Below are positions 27,769 to 42,556 of a stretch of 45,910 nt of DNA, one piece after another (the stretch's first letter is position 1; each line of letters starts with the position of its first letter). The stretch is from Rotaria socialis. Taxonomy: Eukaryota. The translations under genes were made by a program, and so were the position numbers. The notes below the pieces were generated by a model. It was given only the letters and a program-made list of their open reading frames with translations. It was not told the origin of the DNA and ran no database searches. The stretch lies in contig CAJNYD010000547.1 in assembly GCA_905331295.1 (NCBI GenBank), positions 62,001 to 107,910 of the forward strand, given 5' to 3'.

Positions 27769-28444
27769 ATGAAGAGACAACTACTTCGTATTATCTTATT
27801 AACATTTTTTGTGTTTAGCAACGCAGAATTGCTAAATCATAATAAAGATTCGGTTGGACAGTCGTCGATTCATCATGCGACACATCTTTCATTGAAACGA
27901 AAAGAAATTTCAAAATTTACACCAGCTCATCGAAAATTTCAAAATGATGCATTGGAAATTCATAATATCTTACGTGCTCGTCATTGTGTACCACCATTAG
28001 TACTCGATGAAGAAATGAATATACGAGCTCAAATCTATGCTGAACATCTTGCGGAAAAGGATGGTAAATTAACACATAGTACTGATCTAGGTAATCGTTT
28101 TGGAGAAAACCTCTATGCAATAACACGTAAAACTCCTATCACCAATCTAACTGGTACGATTTTTTTCGTTTCAACGTAAATCTTGTTTATGAGATTGATT
28201 GGTTCTAGCTGAGAAAGTTGTACGGACATGGTACGAAGAGATTCAGTTTTATGACTACAGCAAACCAGTTTACAATGCAAGTACAAGTCATTTTACTCAA
28301 ATTGTTTGGAGAGAGTCCAAAATACTTGGCGTAGGTTACGCGTCAGCACGAAAAGGCAGCAAAATGTTTGTCGTTGCCCAATATGGACCAGCAGGCAACC
28401 ATCGTTTTAAATTCAGTAACAATGTTCTTAAACCGAAATGCTAG
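27769..28444 (+). CDS. Secreted CAP/SCP/PR-1 (GAPR1-like) protein
   Basis: Signal peptide; HNILRARH, GENL, WYEEI..YDY, SHFTQIVW, VVAQYGPAGN; one short intron starting ~28153. Confidence 0.9.
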
Positions 28445-29369
28445 TTATCGAAACGGAAACTTATTTCCCTTTTTTCTTTGTATTTACCATTAAAAGACAA
28501 GAAAACTATTCAAGAAAAATTTTAATATGTGCATCAAATAAGATCTTCGTTGATTATGATTGAGATTACAATTGGCTTCGGTCATGTATTGTTTTTCTCT
28601 TCACGTACAGTTGTCTGCATTATACAGAACATATCCATGAATAATATTGAAACATTACTAAATCATAAAATTTACACTAGAAAAATGGAAATCCATTGGC
28701 TGTATCGAGGTTAATTATTCAGCGATTGATCCATTGTATGCATGTATGGCAGGGATTTGTAAAGGATCGATTTTACAGTTTATAGTGTCTGTGATTATTT
28801 TTACAATCATAAAAGACAGAGACCTATACTTCTTTCATATCTTTATTGGTGAATCGATGAGGTCTGTTTTTTTAAAATTTATCATTGATTGTTGAAGATG
28901 TTAACTATTTTAAATCGTGAGAAACCTTTATAGATCAATTGAGGATCCTTGAGTTTTTCAGCTTATCATAGTTATCTATAGAAACAATTTATCCTTGACA
29001 ATCTGTTTTGTTTTTATATAATCTTGACACTTCATTCGTGTCGATCATGTTTATCAATTCAAACTTTGAAGTATTAAAACAATGTTTTGCTTTTAGTGTC
29101 TAAGTATCAAAAGTAAATACAACGAATCATAGAACACGTATGACACATTACCTGATTTTCACAATGCACACACATCTTATCCGTAGAATAAGTTTTTAGA
29201 AGAGTCCATATTTTTTTTTCTATAACAATAACAATAGTTTTTTTTCTTCCTAACAAATCGATACTATCGAAGAGAACGATGTTAACAACAATAACAACAA
29301 AAAAAAACAGAATGAAAATATTCTCTTAGAAACGAACAACTAAAGAAGAAACTATGCTGTGACTGCTTT

Positions 29370-31100
29370 TCAGTTGGCTAATGTATGAAAATGACTATTA
29401 ATCATAGTCAAATTAAATTTCCATGCCTCAAGTTTTTCCTTTAATGATATCCAATGTTGTTTTGTAAATGAACGTTGTTCTGTATTATCAATGATAACTT
29501 TTCGTGCAAGATGATCCATTTTACATCGTATCATTTTCGTCCGTACGGCTAAAATAATTTTATTTGACTTTTTTTGACTTGTTTTTAAAAGCAAAATATT
29601 TACCTTCGATTATAAACGATTCGATATCATCGGCTGATATTTGCATTTCTTTTTCAATCGCATCAAATGTTAATTCCTTTTGGCTTTCAGCTATTAGAAT
29701 GAATGTTAATAGGCGCATTTTGGTCAGATTTCTTTCATGCTTAACACCTAAATAAACTATTTTTGGAGAAAACAAAGAATGAGAAAAACAAAATCTATGG
29801 ATACCTGATGATTCTATAAATGGTTTTTGTTTCGAATAAAATTCGAGATAATCTTGTAAGCGACTGAAAACGAAAATTTTTAATAACTAAAATATAAGTA
29901 CCTATAGAAATACATAAGATTTTAAATAGAAGTTTTACGTTATGAATATTTTCTCCTTCGAGCATTTTCACTGGTTCAAGTAACAGAAGATGATCCATTA
30001 GGAATACATTTGGATCGTTAATACTGTTAATAATACATCTAGTAATATGAATGAAAAAGAAAAATTATCAATTATTAGAAATCCTCTCGATAAGCATACT
30101 TGACTGCATCTGTACGAGCTTTTGAAGCTGTTTCTTTTGTATAGGTACCAAGTAGTTCGAGTAATAACTGTAATGCATTTGTTCTGAAGAATGATTTTTA
30201 TAACAATAGTTCATTTTGATGGTTTAGAAAATTAAAATTACATACGAGTCACCAATGGCAGCATATGCTTCATGCATATTTCGATAGAGTTCTTGAATCT
30301 GTTCAATTGAAACATTCCATTCCTTAACCCATAGTTTTACCTAAATTAGAAGAAAGAATTGCTTCTAATTTACGCTTCAAACACTACCTATGGCATACAA
30401 GAAATATACCTGATTTATTCCTACTGATACGGTGTTGATACATCGATGGTTTCGTGCACATTTTATTAAATCAATTAGTATACGATATTTTTCTGTATTC
30501 GCATGTTCTGGTACAACATAAATTAAATTAGTTAATCTAGAAACCAAAAAATAATATTGAGTGGTACTGATTCTCAATGAGCGTACACTCGAATTTTCAT
30601 TGGTCCGTATTTTTCGGGTAAATTTGCATTGACGATAGCTTCTGAAAAATTTAACACTGGCCGATTTAGTTTATCTTCTGGTACAATCAATATTAAACTC
30701 ATTACAGAATTCAGAAACATTTCCATTTCTAAATAATCAAATCCATTATTCTGTAAGATTAAAAAACAAATAATAATCTTGGTACCTCCTTCTAAAAACG
30801 AATCTTTGAGAACACGTCTTAATTCACGTATGATCGCTTCAACTCTGCTTTCAAGATCTTCCGAGCTAACATCTAATACTGGATCTGCGCCATGGTCACA
30901 CATAAATTTTTCTATATCTTTTAACTAGAAAACAAACAAATCCGTAAATCGTAGTAGACTTCAATATCAATCTTACTTGTGGTTCAGGTTCTATTTCTGA
31001 ATAGACAGCAGCAACACATGTCGCTATAAAATTTACAATCAAATTTTCCTTTTGAGAAACAAGTCAATTCAAACACAAACTCACTTGGAATTTCTGTCAT
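29370..31100 (-). CDS. EIF3M: Translation initiation factor 3 subunit M (PCI domain)
   Basis: LLELLGTYTKETASKARTDA, DPNVFLMDHLLLLEPVKMLEGENIH, HERNLTKMRLLTF, RSFTKQHWISL. The start at 31100 lies in a 16-nt first coding exon and is less certain. Confidence 0.9.
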
Positions 31101-31349
31101 TTTCTGTATCTAGAACATACACATATAGATTTATTAATCAAGTCATCTTCTGTTTCAATATAATACAAAAAAAAACATTAAATACATCTGTTTGTCACGA
31201 GAAAACATTACATATTGAAGAGGGAGATTATTGTCGAGATACAAAAGAGGAAAAAATATCTATTTAGGCATGCCAACATATCCAAATTTCTACAGAATTA
31301 TCTCTTTATTCACTGTTGATAAGATATCATATGATATAGAGAAGATTAT

Positions 31350-34317
31350 TTATTCAAGTTCGTTTACAAATGATCCATTAACAAATGTATTATTTTGATT
31401 CAATGATTGTTGCTCTTGTTGAACTTGACGTAGAAATGATTTCGCCAGTTCATATTGTTTCATTAATGGTAAACCTTGAGTTAAGGTTAGAACTGCTTCT
31501 ATACGCGGTTGTTCAGTAGTATGTTCATCAATTAAACGCACACGAATATCTTCAATCGTACGAAATTGTTCATTCGTATTTGTTGCTGGATCCAAAATAG
31601 GACTAGAAAAAAAAGCGAATCAATTTTATTTATTCATCAATCATTCAGTAATTCATATTAATCTCTGTCGCACTTAAATTTGATTCTTTTTCAAACATAC
31701 TAATTGTTAAAATTCAAGGAGAAAAGTCAATGGAATTATGATAATTCATGAGCAACATTTTCAATGTCACCGAAAATGAATAATTTAGTTTCATATTTCC
31801 TACTAATGCATTTCGTTTGAAATAAACTGTTATTAACTGTACTACTTGTTCTCTGCTCGACAAGCTGAAAACATTGAACAATGAACTTAACGAGTGTCGT
31901 CGATCGAAATACGACTCATCAAGACTAGATTCTATTTACCTCGCTGTTCGAAGTACGGGCCGTGCGTGATTAGTAGCACTATTGTGTAAAATAAGGGAAC
32001 GTGTGGTTGCCAATTCTGATGATGCAGTTGAACGTAGAGCTACAAAATTATTGTAAAAAGAAATCAAATAGAGAAAGTTTTGCTTTTGCATTATTAATTT
32101 TACCAAGTGAATCATTAAGACTTTCGTTTGACGATGCTGATGAAAGTGTTTGCTGATTTTTCGTGAGAATTCTCTGTGGCAATGGTAAGACATCGTTATT
32201 ATTATGCAACGGTGGTGGTAAAGGAGGCGGTGGTACAGTTTGATGAGAAGGTTGTTGCAACTGACTTCTCGATATTGCATCAGCCGATATACGAGTTCCA
32301 CTCGTTTTAATAGTTACAGGTCGAGGTGGAATCGGCGGAGGTGTGGAAGACATAACATCTGATGAGCTGGGAGAATTATTATTCTATGAAATTAAAATAG
32401 AAATATCAAAATATAAATGATTTCACAATAACAAATTAATTCTACCTGATGGGTATTTTCATGGTTTAATGGACGAGCAATAGCCAGTGATTGTAAAGTT
32501 TGAACATTTGGATTAGCATCTAATGTTTGCTAAAAATAAAACAAAAGATTTATTTACTTATTAAATAATTGTACGAAATTTGTTTTGACATTACATCATC
32601 AAATTCATTGGAACCATTTGGACTTGATTCTTTTCTATTTACAACCATGGCACTATCAAATGGACTTATAACAATTGATTCAAAACCTTTAATTTCACCC
32701 CGACAAAATGGACATAATGGTGGTGGTTTAGCACTATTTTGATTCTAAAAATATAAAGCTCGAATATCAAAAGCAAAAGAAATCGAAAAACTAACCTGCC
32801 AAGCAATTAAACAATTTTGACAAATTAAATGGCCACATGGTTGAATTTTACAATCTTTATTATTCACTGAACATATTTTACATAATTCAAAACAAGTACC
32901 CATATCACAATAGATGGCATATTGTTCTTCCGATACATATATACGATCAGATTCTGTTGGTCGTAATGCTGATGAAAGATCAATATGAATATTTTTTCCA
33001 TTGGGATATTTATAACTAGATGAAAATATGGATTTACATAAAATAAATATGAACTTTTAGTTTTCTTCGACTTACTATCCTTCTCGTTCACCATCAATTA
33101 ATGATTGAATTAATGGTTTTGTTTGTGGTATAGTTTGAAGAATAGTATTTTGACTTGTTACATATCCAATAGCCCATTGACCAAGACGAGTGCAACTCAA
33201 TCGAAAGACATAACTACCCGGTTTTTCAATGTAATTTGTAAGAATTGCTTTCACTTCATCGTAGGTCATAAATGCCATAAAACCTGGATGTGCGACTGCT
33301 AATAATTTCCAATTGGTCAATAGCGAAGACCATGGATGAAATAATCTAAGATTTAATTTTAAACTTAATAATTTTATCTGATCTTTCAATAAAAACAAAA
33401 TCTATGCGAAAAACTCTATTTCATTCCTAACGAATCTATCTGTACGTTTACTTATATTTCTCAACTAAATCAAGCCATCTAAGATTGTGGCAAACGAAAA
33501 ATATTTACCTTGTAAAAACGTCAAATTCAAATATCGACACATGATTATTATCAGTTAAATCAATAGTATTTTGTAATGCTGTTGCTTCATTAATAGTTTG
33601 AATAGGATGAATTTGATTTAATCTTTCTTTGAATTCTTCCCATGGAACGATTGTACTGAAATAAATGACAGAAACACTATTTATGAATTTCCAAAACGAG
33701 CATCAATTTTACCGTTCATTAAAATTACATTTCCAAAAATCATTTGCTTCTTGTTTAGTTAAACGAAATTTTTCACCCTCGTATATACCTCTATTAAACA
33801 AAGATTTTAATTCGGCTAAGTTATGCGAAAAATACAACGAAAGTTTAGTTAAATGTTTTCTATATGTTGATTGTTCATCGTACATATGATGACCAGCACG
33901 TTTAAAACAATCAATTGTTTTCGTACATTGATCAATAAGATTATCAATAAATATACGAAAATATTCAATGTCATTTAATATATGTAAACGATCGTCATAG
34001 TTATTCATTATTTCACGTAGTGTTTGATATAAATCAGGCAGAATATCGAGCATATAAGGTGGAGAATTTTTTAAATTCATTTTTGGCATTTGACAATATT
34101 TTACGATACGATCCATTTGTTTCCAAACTTTTTCTATTGAACGTCGATCAACACGTATTAAAGGACGATGTTGAGAATTCAATAATAGAGGATTAACATT
34201 TATACTAAGTACCGATGGAATATCATTCGTTGCTGATTGCATTGGTAATGTCGATGGAGAATCTTGTCTGGAACCAAGAATACGTCGTCGTAAATTCGAT
34301 GCTGCTGCTTGCGCCAT
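31350..34317 (-). CDS. CBL: E3 ubiquitin ligase CBL (TKB, RING, Pro-rich, UBA-like tail)
   Basis: [47 protein letters not shown], linker [41 protein letters not shown]. Confidence 0.95.
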
Positions 34318-34588
34318 GATAATGTTTGGATTTTTCCCTGTTGTTCAAATGAAATTATTACATTATCTAGAAAATATTTTTTGGAAGAATTTATAAAATT
34401 TTACATTAAAAGGAAAATAGAAAAATGCATGAACAATTTTTTAATTGTGATGATTAAGGAAAACAATTTCAAGATGTTTATGTTGATTGGCTATGAAAGG
34501 AAAAACAAAATACACTTTTGGCATTGATTTTGCTCGTCTCTGAGATCACATTTTTTAAATGTAGAGCTGTGCATGCATGTTAACCGTT

Positions 34589-36384
34589 TTAGACATTGTG
34601 CATTTCTCGTAACTCAATCGCGTCGTTGGAACTTTTCAGATCACATGGTAATAACCAGAAAATAATCGGGCCTAAAAAAAAGGAAGATATTTATCGTAGC
34701 GTTTTTTTTATAATAAATCATTCTTTTACCAGGCCCAAAAACTTTTCGCAATAGAACTTTTGCCGGTGGCAATATTTGCTGTGCCATACGAGCATGTTCA
34801 TCTAATTTCAATGTATCGATTAAACTTCGATCATTTAATATCGATTGAATTTGATCAATGAGTATAGTAATAACAAAAAGGCCAAATAAACAAGACTCAA
34901 CACAAAGTATTATTGAATTAACTCTATAAGAATAGGAATAATTCTTTTTTTTTTCAAACATATTTATTCGAATTACATACACTAGTGCGTCACTTTTTAC
35001 TGGAAAAACAACTAATGACCAAATTAAAAATGCCATTACATAAACACTCATAACTCCTATAGAAAAATGTTTTATTTCGTTTCGAATTTCCTATATTCAA
35101 AGTAGGTCTTTATTTTCTTACCGACATAAAAAAGAAATAGCATAAAATATTTTTGATTAAATTCACCAACACAATTATTAATCCCTGAGAAATAAATTTT
35201 GTAAACTGTCACAAAAAAATTGTAAGATTCTACTCACAAGGACAATGATGATCTAATCTGAAATAAAATAAAATATAATGACGAGACTGTTTCTATAAAA
35301 ATAAAAAACATCATTCTGACATATCTGAACAATGGTATACTGATGTTCCATCAATAGATAACAGCGATCTCTATATCTATGTACTGTATCAGAATTTATC
35401 ACGCGATTGCAACGCATAGCTAACCTTGCAGTAGTCTTCGAGATAAAAGCAACAAAATTAGATCGATTAGTTCCATCTATATTTGTATAAGGACTTATTA
35501 TCACTGTCATTTGATTGAAAAGATAGCAAGTTTCTATATGCTAAGCTAATGCAAAATGAAATGAGTATGTACAACATTTTATTTTTCATTGTGAAAAACA
35601 GAATTTCTCGATTCAAACTAAAAACTGTCTAATAATATCTAAATTTTAGATCAATCATTATCTGTAATGAATATTTTGCACGAATTTTTAAATAAAATTT
35701 TCTACGTCTGTTAACTTCATTGTCAGATTAATCTCTAAGTGAGAGCCAAAAAAAGATAAAAGTTTTACCTTCGAACGCATCGTCGACAAATCCTGCAATA
35801 GAAAAAAAAAATGCATGCCTTTCAAAAATATTTACTTCAACTCATTTACCTGCAATGATGTGATCGAGCTGGTCGGTAGGTATCACAACGATTGCAAACT
35901 AAAAGAAAATAAACAGAACATATTTTTACAATCACGCAATAAAAACTTCTCATTACATACTAGTCCAACCTTCATTATTTTCCTGAGAAAAAAAATCAAG
36001 ATGTTCTTTTTAACATATATTAAATTCGTTTTCTTCTATTTTGTTTTTACCTTATTATTATTATTATCAATCATTTTAACATCGGAGAAATCAATTCCTT
36101 TTTTTGGCAAAGGCACAAAACCCGGATCAAAATACGAAGCACGAGCGTGTGAAAATACACAAAGAAAAACAAATGTGCAACTAATTAAAGCATGTAATGT
36201 ACCATATAAACTGAAACGAAAATTTTCGAAAATCGATTCATATTTGTTGAAATAGGTAAGTATCAAACCTTTCATTTAATAATGGCATAATAATAATAAA
36301 TAGAATAACATATAGACAATGCAAAAGCATTGCATATGTTAATGCAATACATATAATTCCGCATGGATCTTTTCGAAATAACAT
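34589..36384 (-). CDS. DHHC palmitoyltransferase (ZDHHC3/7-like)
   Basis: FRKDPCGIIC, SHARASYFDPGFVP, CNRCDTYRPARSHHCRICRRCVRRLDHHCPWINNCVGEFNQKYF assembled from very short exons. Confidence 0.92.
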
Positions 36385-36573
36385 TTTTATTCTACGAATG
36401 TCAAAAGAAAAAAAGGTAATCTCAAGGAAAGAAAAGAATGTATAATAACTCAAGGAGGAATGAAGGAAGGAAGAAACAATAAACAGATGTATTTCATTGG
36501 TTTTTAGTTTTTTACCAATAAAAATTTTTGTTTGATCAAATATTTATTAGCGCAATCTAATTGTTTGTCAAAC
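36385..36573. promoter_or_regulatory. Probable bidirectional promoter
   Basis: Only 189 bp separate the divergent ATGs of ZDHHC (36384) and SLC25A15 (36574). Confidence 0.6.
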
Positions 36574-37763
36574 ATGAAATCAACTGCCATATATGATTTT
36601 TTAAGTGGCATAGCCGGTAAAATATATATTCGCGATTTATAATTCTTTTTTTCTACTTTGATATTCCACAATATAAAAAAAAAGGTGCAACCGTTTCAGT
36701 TTATGTCGGTCAACCATTAGATACGATTAAAACAAAGCTTCAGATATTTCCAAATCATTATAGAAATTTTTTTGATTGTGCTCAAAACATTTTCAATAAA
36801 GATGGTATACGTGGTTTTTATGCTGGAACAACACCAGCATTACTTGCAAATGTTGCTGGTAAATTGTTTGACAGAGATCAATAGAAAAAGAAATATATTT
36901 TTGTTGTTGTTGTTGTGTTGTTTCTTGCAGAAAATGGAGTTCTATTTATGGCATACGGACAATGTCAAAATATTATTTGTAAATTAAATAATAAAGATAA
37001 TCATGAACAATTGACATCACTAGAAAATATGGCAGCAGGAAGTTTAGCAGCAACATTTGCATCATTTGTTTTATGTCCAACGGAATTAGTTAAATGTCGA
37101 ATACAAACTATGCATGAAATGCAGTCGAATACAGAAAATCAAATGCGTAAATTAATGTAAATAGATCTTTATTTTTATCTGGCGTTCTTTATGTAAACAC
37201 GCGCGAATATTTCTAGTTCACCTATAGATGTAACACGAAATATCATACGTACAGAAGGTACACGAGGATTATTTCGAGGATTAACAGCGACATTAGCGAG
37301 AGAATGTCCTGGTTATGGATTTTTTTTCGGTACATACGAATTTACAAGATCATCATTAACCAAAAAAAATGAAAAGAAAACAGATATAGGTAAGAAAAAA
37401 AAGAAATTTCAGATTCAATTCTTATATTTATTTTTATAAATAGGATTTTTAAAAACATGGGTTTCGGGTGGTATGGCTGGCATTTGTTTTTGGACATTTA
37501 TGTTTCCTATTGATGTCATAAAATCACGTATACAAGTATTAAAACCGAATATGAGTACTATGAAATATGCTATTGAATTTGTTAAACATGAAGGTAAAAC
37601 GCTTTATTTTGCGTTTATTAATAATGTAAGTTTTACTACATAACTAGGATTTAAACCATTGTATGCTGGTTTATTTCCAACACTTACTCGTAGTTTTATT
37701 GCTACCGGTGCTTTATTTCTTACTTATGAACAAGTGCAATTATTTCTCCGTCGAGCATTTTGA
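36574..37763 (+). CDS. SLC25A15: Mitochondrial ornithine carrier (SLC25A15/ORNT1-like)
   Basis: Three carrier signatures (QPLDTIKTKLQ, CPTELVKCRIQ, FPIDVIKSRIQ); GFYAGTTPALLANVA/ENGVLFMAYG; RECPGYGFFFG. Confidence 0.92.
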
Positions 37764-37959
37764 ATGCGATAGATAAATTATTTTCAGATTTAGTTTTGAA
37801 TGCAATACTTTTCGTAATTTTTTTGTGATATTTTTAATTTTATTTTGAAGATTGTCTTTTTTTGTTAACGAATAAAATTGATTAATTTACCAATGATTTT
37901 GTTTTTGTTATTATTATTGTTTTGTTTTGTTACTAGATAAAAACAAACCTTTTCTATGA

Positions 37960-39644
37960 ATGGATGAAACGAAATTAACAAGTAAATTCTTTTTTAATTT
38001 CAAATACATATATCTATTCTACTTTTGTCTTAAGATTTTTTTAATCAATCGCCGCAATTACCATTTTCGTGGCAGGTTCGTCCTGGTACCACTGTACTTT
38101 GTCTTAATTGTCATGGAAATCGATTAATTGCAGCTGGACAACAAAGTATTTAAACATTTTTTGAAAATATTTATTATCTTCTACTTAATTGAATAGGTTT
38201 TCAATTACTTGCTATTGAACCATATGAGAAAACTGAACGCTTCAGTGAACTCTATGATTTTCGTAATGCACCAAGACAAGCGCAAGCACGTGCAGCATTG
38301 CAACCGACAGATATTGGATGGAGTCCAATTGATGGTAAATTTAATTTAATTTTTTGTTCTATAAATAATTGATAAATTATCTTCAAAGAACATCTCTTTG
38401 CATCGGCTAGTACGACTGGTCTTTTAAATATTTGGGATGCCAATCAATTAGTAATGATTGGACAATTTAAAATTCATAATGCAACTATTAATCGTCTTCA
38501 ATTTCATCCATCAAGTAAATCGTATTTTAAACAAGCTCAACTGATCTCGATGTTGTTTTCTGTGACATTTAGATCCTAAATTATTATTAACAGCATCACA
38601 AGATGGATATGCAAAGGTTAGCATATTTTATTTTATTATTTTTAACAATATTTACGTATATAGATTTGTTTTTAGTTGATTGATTTTCGAACATTTAATA
38701 CAAATAAAGTTGTTGCATCATTTCGTCATGTTAGCGAAGATGGATTTCGTGATATACATATTAATCCTATTAATACGAATTTATTTGCTGCTGCATTGAA
38801 CGATCAATGTATCGTACCAGTATGTATAAATAGTTATTATTAATGAGAGAATAAATTTTCATCAATTAGCTTTGGGATATACGACGAATTGAGTCTCCTG
38901 CCATGGTTTTAACAACAGCCGATAGAACATTGTGTCTTGCATGGAATCCGAATGAACCTTATTGGCTTGCTACAGGAGGTCGAGATCGAACTATACGAGT
39001 GAGATTTATTCCATTTAATGCTTTTGCTTATTGTTGAATTCAAGATTTGGAATGCACAAGATAGTAATAGTCGACAAGAACCTCTATTTAAAGTGCAGTC
39101 ATTTGGCACGGTGGCTAAACTTAGTTGGCGACCAACATGCCGTTATCATGTAGCATGTTCAACACTTTCAGTAGATCCAAGGATTCATGTTTGGGATGTT
39201 AGACGTGCTTATTTACCACAAGCATCATTTTGTCATCATCAAAGTATGTGTACTTTCATTATTTAAATAATTAGTTATGGTTTTATCAGATTAACTGTCT
39301 CTTTGGCGAACAAAGCAGATTTCAATGTATTTTCTTTTCAACTGTAAAAAGCAAATTTTAAGGATTCTCTCCACTCAGTCATACACATACACACACACAC
39401 GTTTTCTTATCTAACTTGGTGGGTTGAATTACATTATCACGCATACAAAGTTCTAGTGAAATTCCGAATTGTGGGCATCTCTATATGCATAGAAAATATG
39501 TAAAAATTCAAATATGTCGATCCTTGCATACCAGCAGGTAGCTCATATTTTGAATTTTTTTAGTTTGGTGGGCGAAACATTTAATCTGACCCGTAAACGT
39601 GTAATATTCATAACTACCAACAAGAAAAGCAAACAGGTCTATTC

Positions 39645-39679
<35 letters not shown>

Positions 39680-42305
39680 GTAACACTATTTTGGCTGCTG
39701 TCGTCCTATAGAATAGTTTGCAGTTTAAGTAATTTTCCTTAGAGATCTATGAACAAAATTTTTATTTTACTTTAGACAGTATCGGTGATTTTTCATGGCG
39801 TCCAAATTCTGATAATCTAGTCTCTGTTGGTCGAGACGAGCGTGTAGTGCATGCTAACATCTCAAGTGCAATAAAAACTGATAATTTCGTATCTTTATTT
39901 TCATTGAGTGTTACATCGAAAGGACATGTCTATGCGACAATGCCAAATAGAAATAATGAGTATCTAACCGCATTATATGCTGAACGACATATTCCATCAT
40001 CTTTTACAAGTTTAAAAAAGTGTTTTTCTGAAGAAGTTATGTCAAAATTTTCAAAGCTTAATGAACCAATTCATGGAAAATCTATTATTGGTATGTATGC
40101 GAACCCTTCAGCAGATAATTCTGTCGAATTATTTCATCAATTTGCACGTCGATGGACATTTGACAATGGCAATAAACCAGTTGAAAATCTAGCTAATATT
40201 TGTGATATAAATAGTTGTGTAGCCGAAGAATTAAAAAGGCCAGATTTAAAAGCTACATGGCAAGTTATTAAAATGATCTATGCAGATTATAATAGTTTAC
40301 AAAATTATCGAATGAGCTCAGCAAGAAATACACACTCAGGAACGAAAAACTATCAAATAAGTGATTCAACAAATGGTCCTAGACATCATCATCAGCACTA
40401 TAATCATTATCAACAAGGAGGTGGAAAAGGAAAAAATCTTGATTTAATACAACAAGACAATGAATTAAACGATGAAGTCAACGGAAGAAAGAGAGCGAAA
40501 TCACAAGAACAAATTATTCCACCTAATCCACAAATGGGTAAAAATCAGTTTTCATTTTCTTTATTTCTACTAGTTTGATCTCGCTCCTAGATATAATCGA
40601 TGATGTTGATACATATATTGTACGAGATGTGCTACCAGATGATATTATCTTTATTACACCAGACGATGCATTAAATAATACCAGTAATTATGATATGTTA
40701 TATGATAATGAGGTAAATATTTATTATACATTGGAACTGAAAACAAACTATATGTATATACCAATTTAATTCAATCGTTCTGCAGTCGAATAGTTATGAC
40801 TAGAACTGATTCACAATAATTCCAAAGTGCAATAATCGCGTATCTTATATTCTTATGAAAACCTTGAATTAATTCATTTTTAAATCGACATCAAATTCAA
40901 ACACGTATTTATGAGCTCTCTCGATCCAATAGCATTTCGGAGAATATAGTAGTTAGTCAATAATCTGTGTATTTATGTCTTTCAATGAAAACTATTCATT
41001 ACTGATTGTATTAACTCGTTGGTTTTGTTTTTTTCAGAATTTATTATAGAGAATCCATATTTATCTATAGACTAATACAAACTTTTTTCTGTGTTCAAGA
41101 TTAAATATGATTTCTCACATGTGTTTTTTTTTTCATTATATACTATAGCCCGATATTTACGTAATGCGTGATGGAATACCCATGGCGTCAAATGGAACAC
41201 CTTCAGTGATACATGTTGATAGTGACATCAATGGTTTTTCTACGGATCGATTATCTCGTCAGCTTCCAGAAATGATGATTGATATAAACCAATTTGAACC
41301 TGTAGATGATTATGATTGGTAAGATACATTCGTAATCTATTTCATAAAAAAAAGAATTTCTCGTTTTCTTTTTAGTCCCGATGGTCATATGCAGTCATCT
41401 ACGCATTCGCTTCTACCAGATGGTTCAGATAAATTTTTTACAATTGATGAAAGTTATTGTCCAACGATGCAAAATCATCCTTTAGTTTTTGATGATATTT
41501 TGCGAAAAACTATTCAGTATTATGTTGAAAATGTAGGTTTTGATAAAAAAAAGAATCAGAAATCATTATAGTTGTCTTGTTGTTTGTACAGAATGAACTT
41601 CAGGTAGCCGTTCATCTTTTACTCGCACTTTATCCAATACTTAGTGAAAGTAAAATTATTGAATTATTTCATGGTGCTCATTTTGAATGGCTTGGAATGT
41701 ACATTGGTAAAGACTTTTTTAATCAAATTTATTTTATCAATTGGCTACTCTTGCTTTGTAGAAATATTGCAGAAGCTGCGTTTATTTGTAAAAGCTAAAC
41801 AAGTAACAAAGCACTGTATAGAAAAAGAAAAAATACCGCTTAATTATGATCCAAGTGTATTCGATGGTGCAATCATTCTTTCAGCGCAATCACCAACTGT
41901 TAAACGCCTTCCAAATATCACTGGTGCTTCTTCGATGAATTCTGCTAATAAAAATCTTCCACCGCCTCCAAAAGATTTTCTGTGCTCATTTTGGTAAGTT
42001 CTTAGTTTGTGCGATCGTAACTTTCTTTGATGTATCGAAAACAAATTCCATACTACTGATAGATGAATCCCAACAGATGTTTTTTTTTTATGAATATTAA
42101 TCTTAAAAATTTTAGTCGAATACCATGTCGTGGCATATTTTCATTTTGTGGTGTGTGCTTTCATGGTGGTCATATTGATCATATTCGAACATGGTTCTAT
42201 ACGCATAATGAGTGTCCATATGGTTGCGGTCATCAATGCAAAAAGCGTGACATTCAAAGTCATCCACCACGTGTTATGTCGCAACGCTTTTCTTTGAATT
42301 CATAG
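37960..42305 (+). CDS. WDR24: GATOR2 subunit WDR24 (Sea2)
   Basis: WD40 repeats LTASQDG, LATGGRD, KLSWRP..HVACS..VDPRIHVWDVRRAYLP; C-terminal RING CSF/CRIPCRGIFSFCGVCFHGGHIDHI..W....ECPYGCGHQC. Start codon less certain. Confidence 0.9.
39646..39678. repeat. (AAT)n microsatellite in a WDR24 intron
   Basis: About 11 TAA/AAT units. Confidence 0.85.
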
Positions 42306-42556
42306 TTTGTCTTTTAATAGTGATTCAAAAACGAAAGACATGATAATCTTTTTTCATTGCTTTATTTTCTATCTCAGGAGTTGAAGAATTTGTGTTTTTC
42401 TTTTTTTTTGTAATAATACTTGTATTTTTTTCTTTTCTTCAGCTATTCAATGTTAAATTAGATTGAAGAAAAAAAAAATCTATTGATTATGTTTTTTCGA
42501 TAAAAGACAAAATTTCTGTTTATTTTTTAGAATTATTTTATTAATAGTCATTAAAA

